From a virus, in the IMG/VR virus record IMGVR_UViG_3300045988_125846, positions 32,001-96,000 of that record: 64,000 bases of DNA. The stretch is one strand, 5' to 3'. The notes under the pieces were generated by a model. That model worked only from the letters and a program-made list of their open reading frames with translations. It was not told the origin of the DNA and made no database searches. The position numbers and the translations under genes were made by a program. Of this stretch, positions 8,535 through 18,148 are shown piece by piece (within the stretch, counting starts at the first letter, position 1; each line of letters opens with the position of its first letter).

Positions 8535-9545
8535 CTACTTTTTATTCATTTTCTTTACAAATTCACGATACTTCCTTGTATATTCGTAAGAATCTCCGAA
8601 AATATTATTAACAGCCTTATAAAGTTTTGGTTCATATTTTTGAATTACTTCTAATTCGTATTCAAAATCTCTACCAAATGGACAGCCTGCACAACCAGTT
8701 CTTTTCAGTCCGTATTCTGTATAACACTTGCTGTGTTCAATATCATAAGCATTTTCATAGTCTATTTTGTCTGAGTCTTTATACCAAAATAAAGGTCTAT
8801 AATTATCACAACCAGAATCATTTTCATCAAAACAACTTTTATATGCAGTTGCTCTTGCTCCACCTTCGGCTTTTCTTACACCTACAATATTTAGGTCAAA
8901 TGGTATTTTACCATCGCCATATACACCTTCTCTTAAAATCTTATGTGAGACATCTTTCTTCGCATATTGACAGCATTTGTTAGAAATTTTAAATGTTGGT
9001 GGGTTTTCAATCATAAATTCTTTTAGCCATTTATTATGAGTAATATTAAATTGACTACCATTACCTTTTATTTCACACCACCATTCCAATGCAGATTTGC
9101 ACTTAGGATATTTCTTATATAGCGTATCAAAATCCTCGTCTTCCCATTGGAAGTTATGTTTTTGTAATCTTTGGATAAATTCACTGACTTGCTTAGATAG
9201 AAATGGTTGTCCATATCGTTTACACGATAGTGAGATTGGCTTAATTGCTTTATATGAATTAATTGTTATATCATATTTATTTTCTAAATATTCGAGATGT
9301 TCTTTTGTTGCAGAATATTCTAATCCAGTATCAAACCAGACATACTTCACTTTATTACTTTTATCGCATCTATAAACAATATCCAACATATCATCACTAT
9401 CTGATCCGCCTGAAATAGAACATAGTATATATAAATATTTGTGGCTGTTAATTTTTGACCACGCTCTTATTAAATTGTCTCCTATTATTGAGTTTACAGG
9501 ACAATCCTGTAATAATTCTTCAATTGTATTAGCTTTCTGTACCAA
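8535..9545 (-). CDS. PAPS reductase/PP-loop ATP pyrophosphatase family protein (IbrA/DndC-like phage type)
   Basis: PP-loop SISGGSDSDD near the N-terminus and a C-terminal Cys cluster CYTEYGLKRTGCAGCPFG. TTG start after GAGGAAAG. Confidence 0.65.
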   Translation of the reverse strand: MVQKANTIEELLQDCPVNSIIGDNLIRAWSKINSHKYLYILCSISGGSDSDDMLDIVYRCDKSNKVKYVWFDTGLEYSATKEHLEYLENKYDITINSYKAIKPISLSCKRYGQPFLSKQVSEFIQRLQKHNFQWEDEDFDTLYKKYPKCKSALEWWCEIKGNGSQFNITHNKWLKEFMIENPPTFKISNKCCQYAKKDVSHKILREGVYGDGKIPFDLNIVGVRKAEGGARATAYKSCFDENDSGCDNYRPLFWYKDSDKIDYENAYDIEHSKCYTEYGLKRTGCAGCPFGRDFEYELEVIQKYEPKLYKAVNNIFGDSYEYTRKYREFVKKMNKK

Positions 9546-9555
9546 TATGTACTTT

Positions 9556-9586
9556 CCTCACTGAAATTTATTTCATTTCAATGAGG
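9556..9586 (-). promoter_or_regulatory. 12-bp-stem hairpin whose 3' arm contains the SD of the PAPS-reductase-like gene
   Basis: Arms 9556-9567 and 9575-9586 are complementary at 11 of 12 positions. The SD GAGGA lies at 9555-9559, inside the arm. Confidence 0.4.
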
Positions 9587-9722
9587 TAAAGCCATACTTA
9601 GTGAGTGCCTTTTTACGTCACTATCACATTACTTTTTCGATTCATATAAACCAATGATCCGTTTTATGAATCATTGTGACAACCTTTGCTAATCAAAGGC
9701 ATTAAATACATATGGTGAAAAG

Positions 9723-10079
9723 CTAACCAAGTGGTAGCACAGCCTCGCAGATTCGTTCAATACTGTTGACTTCACATTTTGTCATTTTATGATTTGGATT
9801 ATCTTTGTTATAATCCTGAATAAACATATCTATCCAAAAATCTACATACTCATCATCTGACTCCGAATCCATTACAGTATATCTATCAACTGTCTTGTAA
9901 TTTCCTTTTCCTGTCACATAGGATAGATTTATCTTATAAACAGGTAATGTGATTTTTGTTTTTAAGAAATTTTTAGGATGAATATTTTTTAATTTTTGCT
10001 TCAAATCTTCATCAAAAATTTCAAATGTATCAATTCCAGTCCTCAATGAGCAATTTTCAAAAAAATCACTTGGATGCAC
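9723..10079 (-). CDS. hypothetical protein (118 aa)
   Basis: GTG start after GAAAGGTGG. No family recognised. Confidence 0.5.
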   Translation of the reverse strand: MHPSDFFENCSLRTGIDTFEIFDEDLKQKLKNIHPKNFLKTKITLPVYKINLSYVTGKGNYKTVDRYTVMDSESDDEYVDFWIDMFIQDYNKDNPNHKMTKCEVNSIERICEAVLPLG

Positions 10080-10194
10080 TACTTTTCACCACCTTTCTGA
10101 TATTTTGTTCTCTTGTTTGTTGGGATTCCAATAGCCGAATGGCTTAGATATGATTAAAAATTTCCGAATGAAAGATTGGTTTACTGCGAAACCA

Positions 10195-10506
10195 TTACTT
10201 ACTCTTCTTTACGGAAGTATTATTAACTGACTTCTGAATGTTCTTCAAAAGCTGAATATTATCGTTAATCATAAGTGCTAATGCCTGATCCTCTGTAAAA
10301 CCAACACTTACATATGCATCAAACATATTCTTCTTGATTCTCGCCTGAATTGCAGGATATTCAGTATTCTCAGAATAATCCTTTGCAATAATCATAAGTT
10401 CCTTCAGAACATCATATACAGGCTCTTTATACTTTGTAATGTATGTCTTTACTACCTCTCCTAAACTTTCTGGGTTCTCTGCTAATAATCTTAAAATTGT
10501 TTCCAT
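10195..10506 (-). CDS. hypothetical protein (103 aa)
   Basis: ATG after AAGGAG. No family recognised. Confidence 0.5.
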   Translation of the reverse strand: METILRLLAENPESLGEVVKTYITKYKEPVYDVLKELMIIAKDYSENTEYPAIQARIKKNMFDAYVSVGFTEDQALALMINDNIQLLKNIQKSVNNTSVKKSK

Positions 10507-10534
10507 GTTTAATATTCTCCTTTATAATTTTTTG

Positions 10535-10828
10535 TTATTCTCCAAACTCACAAGTATCACATGTTGAAAAGCATTTATCATGGTCTATGCAACATTGTGC
10601 TCTGTTGTCATCTTCAAATTCTTCTTTCTTAAAATTTATACAAAATGATTCACATCTACAAGTCAACATAGACGCAATAACCATTCCGTGAATGATAGCT
10701 AATTTGCACTGATTATCGTCTCTAAATACAGTAGAATCAACCATTTTATTAAATTCTGCTGAAGCAATATAATCCAATACTTTTTGCTGCAATTCTGTTG
10801 AATCAATAAACCTCTTATAATTATTCAC
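10535..10828 (-). CDS. hypothetical Cys-rich protein (97 aa)
   Basis: GTG start after AGAGG. No family recognised. Confidence 0.45.
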   Translation of the reverse strand: MNNYKRFIDSTELQQKVLDYIASAEFNKMVDSTVFRDDNQCKLAIIHGMVIASMLTCRCESFCINFKKEEFEDDNRAQCCIDHDKCFSTCDTCEFGE

Positions 10829-10886
10829 TTAATTACCTCTTTTCTAAAATCCAAAGATATGTTGCATTCTTGTGAAGTTACCACAA

Positions 10887-11507
10887 CTAATTACAATATT
10901 TTTCAATACCTTGTGTCATGATATCTCTTAATTCATCTTCTTCATATGTAGAGCCAAACTGCGACCAACTACATTCTGTATCATTGTGTACTAACGCAAG
11001 TTTAAATACACTGCCACCATAATTCTTATATGCATCTAATTTGATAGCTTTAATATGATGAATTTCTAAATACCAATTATGCTCTTTATATTCAAACTGG
11101 ATATTAGTAGCTTGACCAAAATTATAATCAATGAATTTAACGTTATTCATATACTCAATATCAAGAAGTTTTTTAATATAATCAATATACCAATCATACA
11201 TTTCCTTTTCTTTATACTTCTTTCTTTTATCAAGTTTGTTACCATCAGTATCCTGATTCTTTGATAACATATTTAACCATTCTCTACACATTTTAATTGT
11301 AGACGGCTGATCGAGTAGCATATACTGAATGTTCTCTTTATAAGTGCGAAATGCCTGTTGTTCAATAAGATCATATTCATTTTTTACATCATCCAATGCT
11401 TGTTTCTTTGCTGACAATCTTCTTTCTGCTTGTGCAAACTTATTTAATGAACCCATTTCATATTCGCCATTATAGCTATATGTATCATTTTTATATACTA
11501 AAGACAT
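10887..11507 (-). CDS. hypothetical protein (206 aa)
   Basis: ORF in array. No family recognised. Confidence 0.5.
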   Translation of the reverse strand: MSLVYKNDTYSYNGEYEMGSLNKFAQAERRLSAKKQALDDVKNEYDLIEQQAFRTYKENIQYMLLDQPSTIKMCREWLNMLSKNQDTDGNKLDKRKKYKEKEMYDWYIDYIKKLLDIEYMNNVKFIDYNFGQATNIQFEYKEHNWYLEIHHIKAIKLDAYKNYGGSVFKLALVHNDTECSWSQFGSTYEEDELRDIMTQGIEKYCN

Positions 11508-11574
11508 TAATTCACCTCTTTTATTTTTTCTAACTCCTATCCTCTCTTTGCGTCCAAAGAAAACCTGAATTTAC

Positions 11575-11781
11575 TTACCAATAGTTACTAGAATTATTAT
11601 CATTATGTTCAAAATCATCTGCTGTTTCTGAACACTCTCTTGATAATTTCATTGTATCTTCATCATTCCAACCATATTCTGAATCAAGTCTATTAAGTCC
11701 TAAATGTTTCTTAATGTCATCCTGATTGGCTAAAATCTGACTCAATGCCTGAAATAACAATCTTGTTTCTTCGTCTCTCAT
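11575..11781 (-). CDS. hypothetical protein (68 aa)
   Basis: ORF in array. Confidence 0.4.
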   Translation of the reverse strand: MRDEETRLLFQALSQILANQDDIKKHLGLNRLDSEYGWNDEDTMKLSRECSETADDFEHNDNNSSNYW

Positions 11782-11790
11782 ATATCAAAC

Positions 11791-12066
11791 CTACTTTCTG
11801 TTTACCCATTCCTTAAACTCATTAAAATCATCCTTTGTAAGCACAATATCAGAATAATAGAAATCTTTATTTCTAATAATCGCCCAAATCTTCTTCAACT
11901 TCTCAAAAAATGGTCTTTGCTGTGTATAAAAATTACTGTTTGTATATGTTAAAAAAGCATATTCGCCATCTCCACAATCATGAATCTTAAAGTGGATACC
12001 TTCATCGCAGCCACATTTGCAACTTACAATCAACTCATCATCTTTGAAATTTTTAAATACTGCCAT
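11791..12066 (-). CDS. hypothetical protein (91 aa)
   Basis: ATG after AAAGGAG. Confidence 0.5.
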   Translation of the reverse strand: MAVFKNFKDDELIVSCKCGCDEGIHFKIHDCGDGEYAFLTYTNSNFYTQQRPFFEKLKKIWAIIRNKDFYYSDIVLTKDDFNEFKEWVNRK

Positions 12067-12117
12067 CTTAATCTCCTTTACTTACAATTTCCAAGTCCAA
12101 CCTTGTAATAGTCTTTT

Positions 12118-12471
12118 TTAAATATTTCCATAACAATCTTCTCTACTTAAAATTTCCAAAATATCATCTTTCATATCAATAGTAACTTCTTTTTTAAATC
12201 TCCCTATAGTATCATATAGAGATAGATAATATTTATTTCCACGCTGCTCTAAGTCAAGATTCTCATTCTCGAATAATAATACTCGTCTCTGTTTCTGCAT
12301 TGGTTCATTCTCTACCTTCAAGTTATTTAATGCGTCTTTTGAACCTACAAAGACTGGTGATTTTAATTCTTCAAGAATACAGCTAATATCATCATCTAAA
12401 TGATTATCGTCATTCGTATGACTATCAACTGCTCTAATAACATCTTTCTCAAATAATAATCTGTTCTCCAT
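12118..12471 (-). CDS. hypothetical protein (117 aa)
   Basis: ATG after AAGGAGAATAA. Confidence 0.5.
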   Translation of the reverse strand: MENRLLFEKDVIRAVDSHTNDDNHLDDDISCILEELKSPVFVGSKDALNNLKVENEPMQKQRRVLLFENENLDLEQRGNKYYLSLYDTIGRFKKEVTIDMKDDILEILSREDCYGNI

Positions 12472-12504
12472 TTATTATTCTCCTTTCCTAAAGAAATGCT
12501 TCTT

Positions 12505-12783
12505 TCATCTTATCGCATAACAATCACTTTTATTGTCGCAGAACTCAATTACATCGATCATAGCAACATATCTATAATAAGAATTCTTACATTTAACTTT
12601 AAAATATGTATTATCTTCACCACAAACTTCTATGACTTTTCCATGCAAAATATGTGTCATTCCTTCCTGCCAAAATGCAACCCACTTACCAATCAACATT
12701 GAATAATCTTTATATACTTTGTATCCATGATGTTTTAATAAGTCTATGGCTGCATATATCTGTTGATCTTTTGTCAACCCCAT
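12505..12783 (-). CDS. hypothetical protein (92 aa)
   Basis: ATG after GGGAGAATAA. Confidence 0.5.
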   Translation of the reverse strand: MGLTKDQQIYAAIDLLKHHGYKVYKDYSMLIGKWVAFWQEGMTHILHGKVIEVCGEDNTYFKVKCKNSYYRYVAMIDVIEFCDNKSDCYAIR

Positions 12784-12787
12784 AGTT

Positions 12788-13069
12788 TTATTCTCCCATC
12801 TGATCTACAATACTCTGTAACTTGTCAACAAAGACTTGTGCTGATTCTTTACCACCATATATATGTCTAATATCTGACGGAATAATAGTAAGTTTAGCTT
12901 CTCCAAAAATCTTATTATCTTCATATACTCTCAAAAAATCACACATAGTTCCCAAGTCAACATAATCAAAATTAGGCTGAAAACAAATCACATCACCCTT
13001 CTGTGGATGCAGTTTTCTAACCTTAATAAGTGTCTGTTTAAATGATTTCTTTCTCTGTCTCTTATTCAT
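12788..13069 (-). CDS. hypothetical protein (93 aa)
   Basis: Track ORF trimmed to the ATG preceded by AGGTGAG. Confidence 0.45.
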   Translation of the reverse strand: MNKRQRKKSFKQTLIKVRKLHPQKGDVICFQPNFDYVDLGTMCDFLRVYEDNKIFGEAKLTIIPSDIRHIYGGKESAQVFVDKLQSIVDQMGE

Positions 13070-13078
13070 ATTTCTCAC

Positions 13079-13378
13079 CTACCTAAAATATTGATACATG
13101 CATTCGTTTCTATATTTTTGTATTAAACTCTGTTCGATCATCTTTTTATCAAACTCATCCAATGAATTATACATATCCATAATATGTTTGCTTGGATTAT
13201 TAAGACAGTCAGTATACTCTTTGTCGTTTTCTACTTGCAATTTTATATAATCAAATGCATCACATTGATCACCAAATCCGACATTAAGCTCATTACCATT
13301 TTCATCTTTTATAAATATTACTTCACCAGATGCATGAGTTTCTGGATTAGGACTTCTGGTTAATTTGTATCTTTTCAT
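13079..13378 (-). CDS. hypothetical protein (99 aa)
   Basis: ATG after AAGGAGAATAA. Confidence 0.5.
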   Translation of the reverse strand: MKRYKLTRSPNPETHASGEVIFIKDENGNELNVGFGDQCDAFDYIKLQVENDKEYTDCLNNPSKHIMDMYNSLDEFDKKMIEQSLIQKYRNECMYQYFR

Positions 13379-13382
13379 ACTG

Positions 13383-13634
13383 TTATTCTCCTTCGAATAT
13401 TACTCTTATTGGCTTTATAGTTTCGTCATTTGTTGGTATAAGAATCACTTTGTCAGCTCCAACCTGATCTTTAAATATTTTTGGAGCTTCAACAAATGTA
13501 ACTCTTTTTGATCTATCACTATCCAGCCACTCTTTAAACTTTTCAAGATTTTCTTTTTCAGAAATTGCAGCACATGGACTTACTTTATCTATTAACTCTA
13601 AAAATCTTTGTCTTTCATCTTGTGATAACTCCAT
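13383..13634 (-). CDS. hypothetical protein (83 aa)
   Basis: ATG after AGGAGAATAA. Confidence 0.5.
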   Translation of the reverse strand: MELSQDERQRFLELIDKVSPCAAISEKENLEKFKEWLDSDRSKRVTFVEAPKIFKDQVGADKVILIPTNDETIKPIRVIFEGE

Positions 13635-13659
13635 ACTGTTATTCTCCTATTCGCTCACT

Positions 13660-14130
13660 CTAAAACACCTTCGCATCACCAACTGCCAAATCTTTTACTT
13701 CTACAAAAGAATTAAAAAGATAATCAAATTCACCATTTTTAAATTTATTTTCTAATATTTCAGAAGTAATATCATCTAACAATCCAAAGAATTTTACAGA
13801 AGGATGAAATACTGGATATATCTTTGAGCGATATTTATTAACATCGCCTCTTAACGCATGTAATCCATGTCTTCTACGCTTATTATTATTCCAATGAATA
13901 GGATTAGCATAGAAAGCATTTTTGTTTCTTTCATACTCCTCTTTTTCTTCCTTCGCCAATCTGTCAAGTTCTTTTTCTCGTTCAGTTCTTGGATGAGGTT
14001 TCATAATTTCTTTAACATTTTCTCGAATTTTATCATTCGCTTTTGCTTTTTCTGAATCGCTCATCTTATCAAAGTTCTGAGCTACATCTGATAGTGTGTT
14101 TTTCAATTTATCACCTACTTTCACAACCAC
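13660..14130 (-). CDS. hypothetical protein (about 150 aa)
   Basis: The track start GTG lies inside the recurrent upstream element. A TTG at 14104-14106 after AGGTGA is a likelier start. Confidence 0.45.
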   Translation of the reverse strand: MVVKVGDKLKNTLSDVAQNFDKMSDSEKAKANDKIRENVKEIMKPHPRTEREKELDRLAKEEKEEYERNKNAFYANPIHWNNNKRRRHGLHALRGDVNKYRSKIYPVFHPSVKFFGLLDDITSEILENKFKNGEFDYLFNSFVEVKDLAVGDAKVF

Positions 14131-14177
14131 AAGAAACGTGGTTTTACTTGGCTTTTCAACCTCTGAAAACCTTGATT

Positions 14178-14495
14178 TTAGGACATTTCAGATTGTGTTC
14201 TAAACCGATAACAGAGATTGCTTACAAATCCTTCTATCTCGTTATGAATATTTGCTGTATCATCTTCCATATACTCAACGTACAAATAAGACAATGTATC
14301 TTCTTTATCCAGTAAGAACTCTTCAAAGTCATCTGATATAATATTCTCTGAAAAATAATTAATAATCTCTTCTTTGATACAATACTCATATGAGTATCGT
14401 TTTAATAATTTCTCGCTTGATAAGTCGGAGTTGGTGACTAAATCACCAATCCAACTATTCATCTCTTCATTTAATCTTTGCGTTAGTTTATCCAT
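14178..14495 (-). CDS. hypothetical protein (105 aa)
   Basis: ATG after GGTGAAAG. Confidence 0.5.
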   Translation of the reverse strand: MDKLTQRLNEEMNSWIGDLVTNSDLSSEKLLKRYSYEYCIKEEIINYFSENIISDDFEEFLLDKEDTLSYLYVEYMEDDTANIHNEIEGFVSNLCYRFRTQSEMS

Positions 14496-15103
14496 TTTAA
14501 TTTACTTTCACCTGTATAACCCTTTTCAAACTCGTACCATGCATAAGCGACTGCACTACCACCACCTGCTCTCATCTCATCAAAAAGAGCATTTTTTGCA
14601 CATAAAATACGACTACTTGAAACATAAACACATTTTGGTGGATACTTCTTAAATAATTCTTTACGAGCTTTTCCTTCAAGGAACTGAACTTTAAGAAACA
14701 TAAATACTCTGCAACCATTAGGAATTAATGTCATTGCATGTTCGATAAATTCTTTTGCATATTTGTATGGGGGATTTGTTAAGATATCGCCATTCCAAGG
14801 CTGATTATATGTAAGAAAATCAATTCCACCTTCGCCATAACCTCTATCAATTAGATCGGTGGAACGAACTTCATAGCCGAAGCTCTTTAATCTTTCAGAT
14901 AAATGTCCCTCGCCACAGGAACATTCCCAGATAGGTTTGTCAAATGTAACACCACCATCTTTTAATAAGACATCAATTGCAATAGGATCTGTCGCATAAT
15001 AATCCTCATTCTGTCTCTCCTTGTCAGTGTGATTACTTGCACCTAAAGTCTTAAAAATACTATTTTTATTACCTGTCCAATCTTTTTCTGTATTATTTTT
15101 CAA
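14483..15103 (-). CDS. SAM-dependent DNA N6-adenine methyltransferase (NPPY type)
   Basis: Catalytic motif DILTNPPYKYAKEF. TTG start. The leader shares a GC palindrome with the two other methyltransferase leaders. Confidence 0.65.
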   Translation of the reverse strand: MKNNTEKDWTGNKNSIFKTLGASNHTDKERQNEDYYATDPIAIDVLLKDGGVTFDKPIWECSCGEGHLSERLKSFGYEVRSTDLIDRGYGEGGIDFLTYNQPWNGDILTNPPYKYAKEFIEHAMTLIPNGCRVFMFLKVQFLEGKARKELFKKYPPKCVYVSSSRILCAKNALFDEMRAGGGSAVAYAWYEFEKGYTGESKLKWIN

Positions 15104-15254
15104 ATTTGTTCACCAATAGTAGCTGCGCAGCTTTACTCACATGTGAACGTTTTTCCTTTCCTTGTTTTGTAATTATATTGTTATATTCTCTTGTTTGTCC
15201 TGAATATTGTATAGTTTTCGTGACAAGCCAAGAAACCAAAATTTCATTATAGCT

Positions 15255-15731
15255 TTATTTTTTCAAAAACGGATTTTCCACAATATAATGGTCAATCATA
15301 CCTCTAAACGCAAATGGAGAATCTACAACTCTATCTGAATACTTAAAATGTTTCAGAAAATCCAATACATCTCGTGTGTCTTTATGCGACAATGGAATAA
15401 ATTTCACATATTCTGGATGACCTTTAATACATACAACCGCCCACGAATGCTCATTAGAAAGAAATCCTACATCTGTTCCAACATCCATCATAGAATTCAT
15501 AAGCTGATGACAATCATCAACCATCTTAAACGACCAGCTATATTCATCCTTTGCGGCATTTAGATACCCTCTTGCCCTATTATATAAGTCTTCTGCATCT
15601 TTATAATTCTGTTCTGCCGATTCAAATTTTAATAACTCTTCTGAAAATAACCACTGTCTTAATTTATCTCGTATTTTATCTTTAATTTTCACTGCCTCAT
15701 CTCCTACAACCAAAAGAAATATCGCTTTCAA
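15255..15731 (-). CDS. hypothetical protein (158 aa)
   Basis: ORF in array with a TTG start. Confidence 0.45.
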   Translation of the reverse strand: MKAIFLLVVGDEAVKIKDKIRDKLRQWLFSEELLKFESAEQNYKDAEDLYNRARGYLNAAKDEYSWSFKMVDDCHQLMNSMMDVGTDVGFLSNEHSWAVVCIKGHPEYVKFIPLSHKDTRDVLDFLKHFKYSDRVVDSPFAFRGMIDHYIVENPFLKK

Positions 15732-15849
15732 TTCTCATCTTCATCATCTGGCAATTCTCCATTTTCATCCCAATCAGGAACTACATCGTTCCAACAAATA
15801 TCATCCCAGTACATATCTGTGTTATCCATAATCGTTACCTCTCAGTTAC

Positions 15850-16356
15850 TTATTCTCCACTCAAAATCTCTTTAGGACAATAAATAATATTCTTACCAGC
15901 TTTCTGAGCTTTACGAATTGTTGACCATACACCACCTGATTTATCACCATCCCAAATTGCAAGTAAAATATCACAATGGTCAACCATATACTGATCTCTT
16001 ACATTATCACAGCCTTTATAAAATTCATCTGATAATTCAATCCATTCATCTGCTTCGTTTCTGAGCTTGCTATAATATTTATTTGATGAGTTATAATCCC
16101 TACAAGGTAAAATGCAATGCAATTTTAAATCTCTATTCTTTTCAAATTCTTCAGAAATACTCCTATAACTCTCTTTGATAACACAAGTATTTAGACCAAT
16201 TAAAATATCTGAGCCATTAGCCATTCCACAATAAACATCAGAAGCATCTAAAATCTGATTCATAATCCAATGTCCAATCTTGCTCCACTTAATATCTAAT
16301 TCATCTTCTGGCAATCCTAATCTCTGAGGTCTATGACCTGTTAATGCTATTTTCAT
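15850..16356 (-). CDS. SLOG-superfamily protein, YpsA/DUF1273-like
   Basis: MKIALTGHRPQRL N-terminus, GMANGSD, and LLAIWDGDKSGGVWSTI, matching the DUF1273 pattern. Confidence 0.6.
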   Translation of the reverse strand: MKIALTGHRPQRLGLPEDELDIKWSKIGHWIMNQILDASDVYCGMANGSDILIGLNTCVIKESYRSISEEFEKNRDLKLHCILPCRDYNSSNKYYSKLRNEADEWIELSDEFYKGCDNVRDQYMVDHCDILLAIWDGDKSGGVWSTIRKAQKAGKNIIYCPKEILSGE

Positions 16357-16624
16357 CGGTTTCTCCTTTCACTCTCTGATTCCATTTGTCGATTGCGGTA
16401 TACATACAAACAAGTTCTTCAGTAGGATCACAAGCGACACTAGGATTGTAACGAATAGACTTTGAAGTTGTCTTCATGTGCCCAGAAGTTCCACCTCTCG
16501 CATGGCAACAATTACACCTAACAGAATAAGTGATTCTTCCATTTCTTGTTTGTTTATCAATTTTTAACTTAGTAGCACCGCAAAATGGACATGGTCTTAA
16601 AATTTTATCTACCACATTTTCCAT
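16331..16624 (-). CDS. lar: Lar-family restriction alleviation protein
   Basis: RPCPFCGATKLKI ... CNCCHARG ... AIDKWNQR, typical of the Lar family. Start trimmed to the ATG after GGAGAATAA. The 3' end overlaps the SLOG gene start. Confidence 0.6.
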   Translation of the reverse strand: MENVVDKILRPCPFCGATKLKIDKQTRNGRITYSVRCNCCHARGGTSGHMKTTSKSIRYNPSVACDPTEELVCMYTAIDKWNQRVKGETDENSINRS

Positions 16625-16628
16625 ATAA

Positions 16629-16946
16629 TTATTCTCCATTATTTCGACTTGCTTTCCACAAACATGTTAAAATATTATCTCGATCCTTATTCAATGAAAA
16701 ATCTAAATCATAATCTTCAAATGTAATGGTCACTTTCTTTTTTGTAATTATCTCACCTGTAATTGTTCTTTCATGCCATACATCTATATCCAACATTGGA
16801 TGTTTTATTTTTGAAAAATCAATGTCAACATTAACGTTTTTATATTCACAAGAAGAATTTTTACATGCGACACTACCAACAGCTTCAATATGTAAACTAT
16901 TCATATTTTCAAGCACAATATCACTTAATGAAATTTCTTTATTCAT
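16629..16946 (-). CDS. hypothetical protein (105 aa)
   Basis: Start trimmed to the ATG after GAAAGGAG. Confidence 0.45.
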   Translation of the reverse strand: MNKEISLSDIVLENMNSLHIEAVGSVACKNSSCEYKNVNVDIDFSKIKHPMLDIDVWHERTITGEIITKKKVTITFEDYDLDFSLNKDRDNILTCLWKASRNNGE

Positions 16947-17277
16947 ATTTCTCCTTTCCAATGAAAGACAGGATTCTTGTCAATTTTTTATTATTCTCAT
17001 ATGCTGTCATTTCTATAAACTTATCATCCAAATCAAATACGATAGATGCTTGACAATAAGTACCACCAATAATCAATTCTTTTATATTAGGATTCCATGT
17101 TTTTTCTTCGTACTTAACATGCCATTGATCTAACCAGTTCTTCCATTGAATGTAATCAGATACACATTTTTGGTTGCAAAGAACTTGCATTACATCAGAC
17201 TTTCTTACAAAACCCATTTCAGATTGTAGCTCGGATAATTCTTTTCGTAATACTGTTTTATCAATTAACTGTCCCAT
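16939..17277 (-). CDS. hypothetical protein (112 aa)
   Basis: ATG after GGAGAATAA. Confidence 0.5.
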   Translation of the reverse strand: MGQLIDKTVLRKELSELQSEMGFVRKSDVMQVLCNQKCVSDYIQWKNWLDQWHVKYEEKTWNPNIKELIIGGTYCQASIVFDLDDKFIEMTAYENNKKLTRILSFIGKEKYE

Positions 17278-17281
17278 ATGA

Positions 17282-17644
17282 TTATTCTCCTTTTACTTTC
17301 GGATTTTTAATAACCGCAATGCTCAATTTGTCTGTATACATATTTCTACCAACTCTTGTCTCATATCCAAGTTCGTTTAATTTCTTATCAATTTCATATA
17401 ACTCATCTTCATCTGCACAATAAAGTTTGCAGCCTGCACAAATTTCTGTAACTCGAACATAATTATTATCTTTCTGAATCGGCGCAGTCATATATAGATG
17501 ATTGTCACGTAATCTATAGCATTCTTCAGCAGATACATACTGTTTTAATGCGTTTCCAATTTCAACACTATTGAGATTACATTTGTCAACTGGATCTATA
17601 ATTAAATTACATTCAGCTCTATATCCTCGTTTATAATCTGACAT
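17282..17644 (-). CDS. hypothetical protein (120 aa)
   Basis: ATG after AGGAGAATAA. Confidence 0.5.
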   Translation of the reverse strand: MSDYKRGYRAECNLIIDPVDKCNLNSVEIGNALKQYVSAEECYRLRDNHLYMTAPIQKDNNYVRVTEICAGCKLYCADEDELYEIDKKLNELGYETRVGRNMYTDKLSIAVIKNPKVKGE

Positions 17645-17656
17645 ACTGTTATTCTC

Positions 17657-17869
17657 CTAATCAATTTCTTCAAATGCAACACTATTGAATTCCACATCTG
17701 GAAACTCTTCTATATATACAATCGTGTGCCAAGAATGAACTATAATATCTTCCAATGTATATTCTTTACCAACTTCTAATAAGTGATGATTTTCACCGCC
17801 TCCACCCCATACGTCATCATCGTTTCTAACACATTTAATTTTTCTTCGTTTTGTATTATAAATATCCAT
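17657..17869 (-). CDS. hypothetical protein (70 aa)
   Basis: ATG directly after the upstream stop; SD GAGGAG. Confidence 0.45.
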   Translation of the reverse strand: MDIYNTKRRKIKCVRNDDDVWGGGGENHHLLEVGKEYTLEDIIVHSWHTIVYIEEFPDVEFNSVAFEEID

Positions 17870-18112
17870 TTAATTTCCACTCCTCTTCCAAACGCCCATA
17901 TATTCCTGTGACTCCTGTTTGAATCTTTTTAACATATCAATTAATGCATCTACTTCTGTCAAATCATCAAAAACAATCTCAACTGGATCTTTTTCTTTTA
18001 AATCCAATCTTTCTGCGTAAGGAAATGGTTTGATAAAACATTCAAATTTAATATCTCTGCCCTTATGTTTGAGTGTGATTTCATTAACATTTTCTTTGTC
18101 ACCAATCTTCAA
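17870..18112 (-). CDS. hypothetical protein (80 aa)
   Basis: TTG start after AAGGAGG. Confidence 0.45.
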   Translation of the reverse strand: MKIGDKENVNEITLKHKGRDIKFECFIKPFPYAERLDLKEKDPVEIVFDDLTEVDALIDMLKRFKQESQEYMGVWKRSGN

Positions 18113-18148
18113 TAGTTTGCCTCCTTGTGAAATGCGAGTTTCAATACT

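Noticed and set aside
12788-13378. Reading 13079-13378 and 12788-13078 (also 17657-17869 and 17282-17644) as single proteins joined by TAG readthrough.
   Set aside because: In both cases the downstream ORF has its own well-spaced SD and ATG a few codons after the TAG. The shared frame is expected one time in three.
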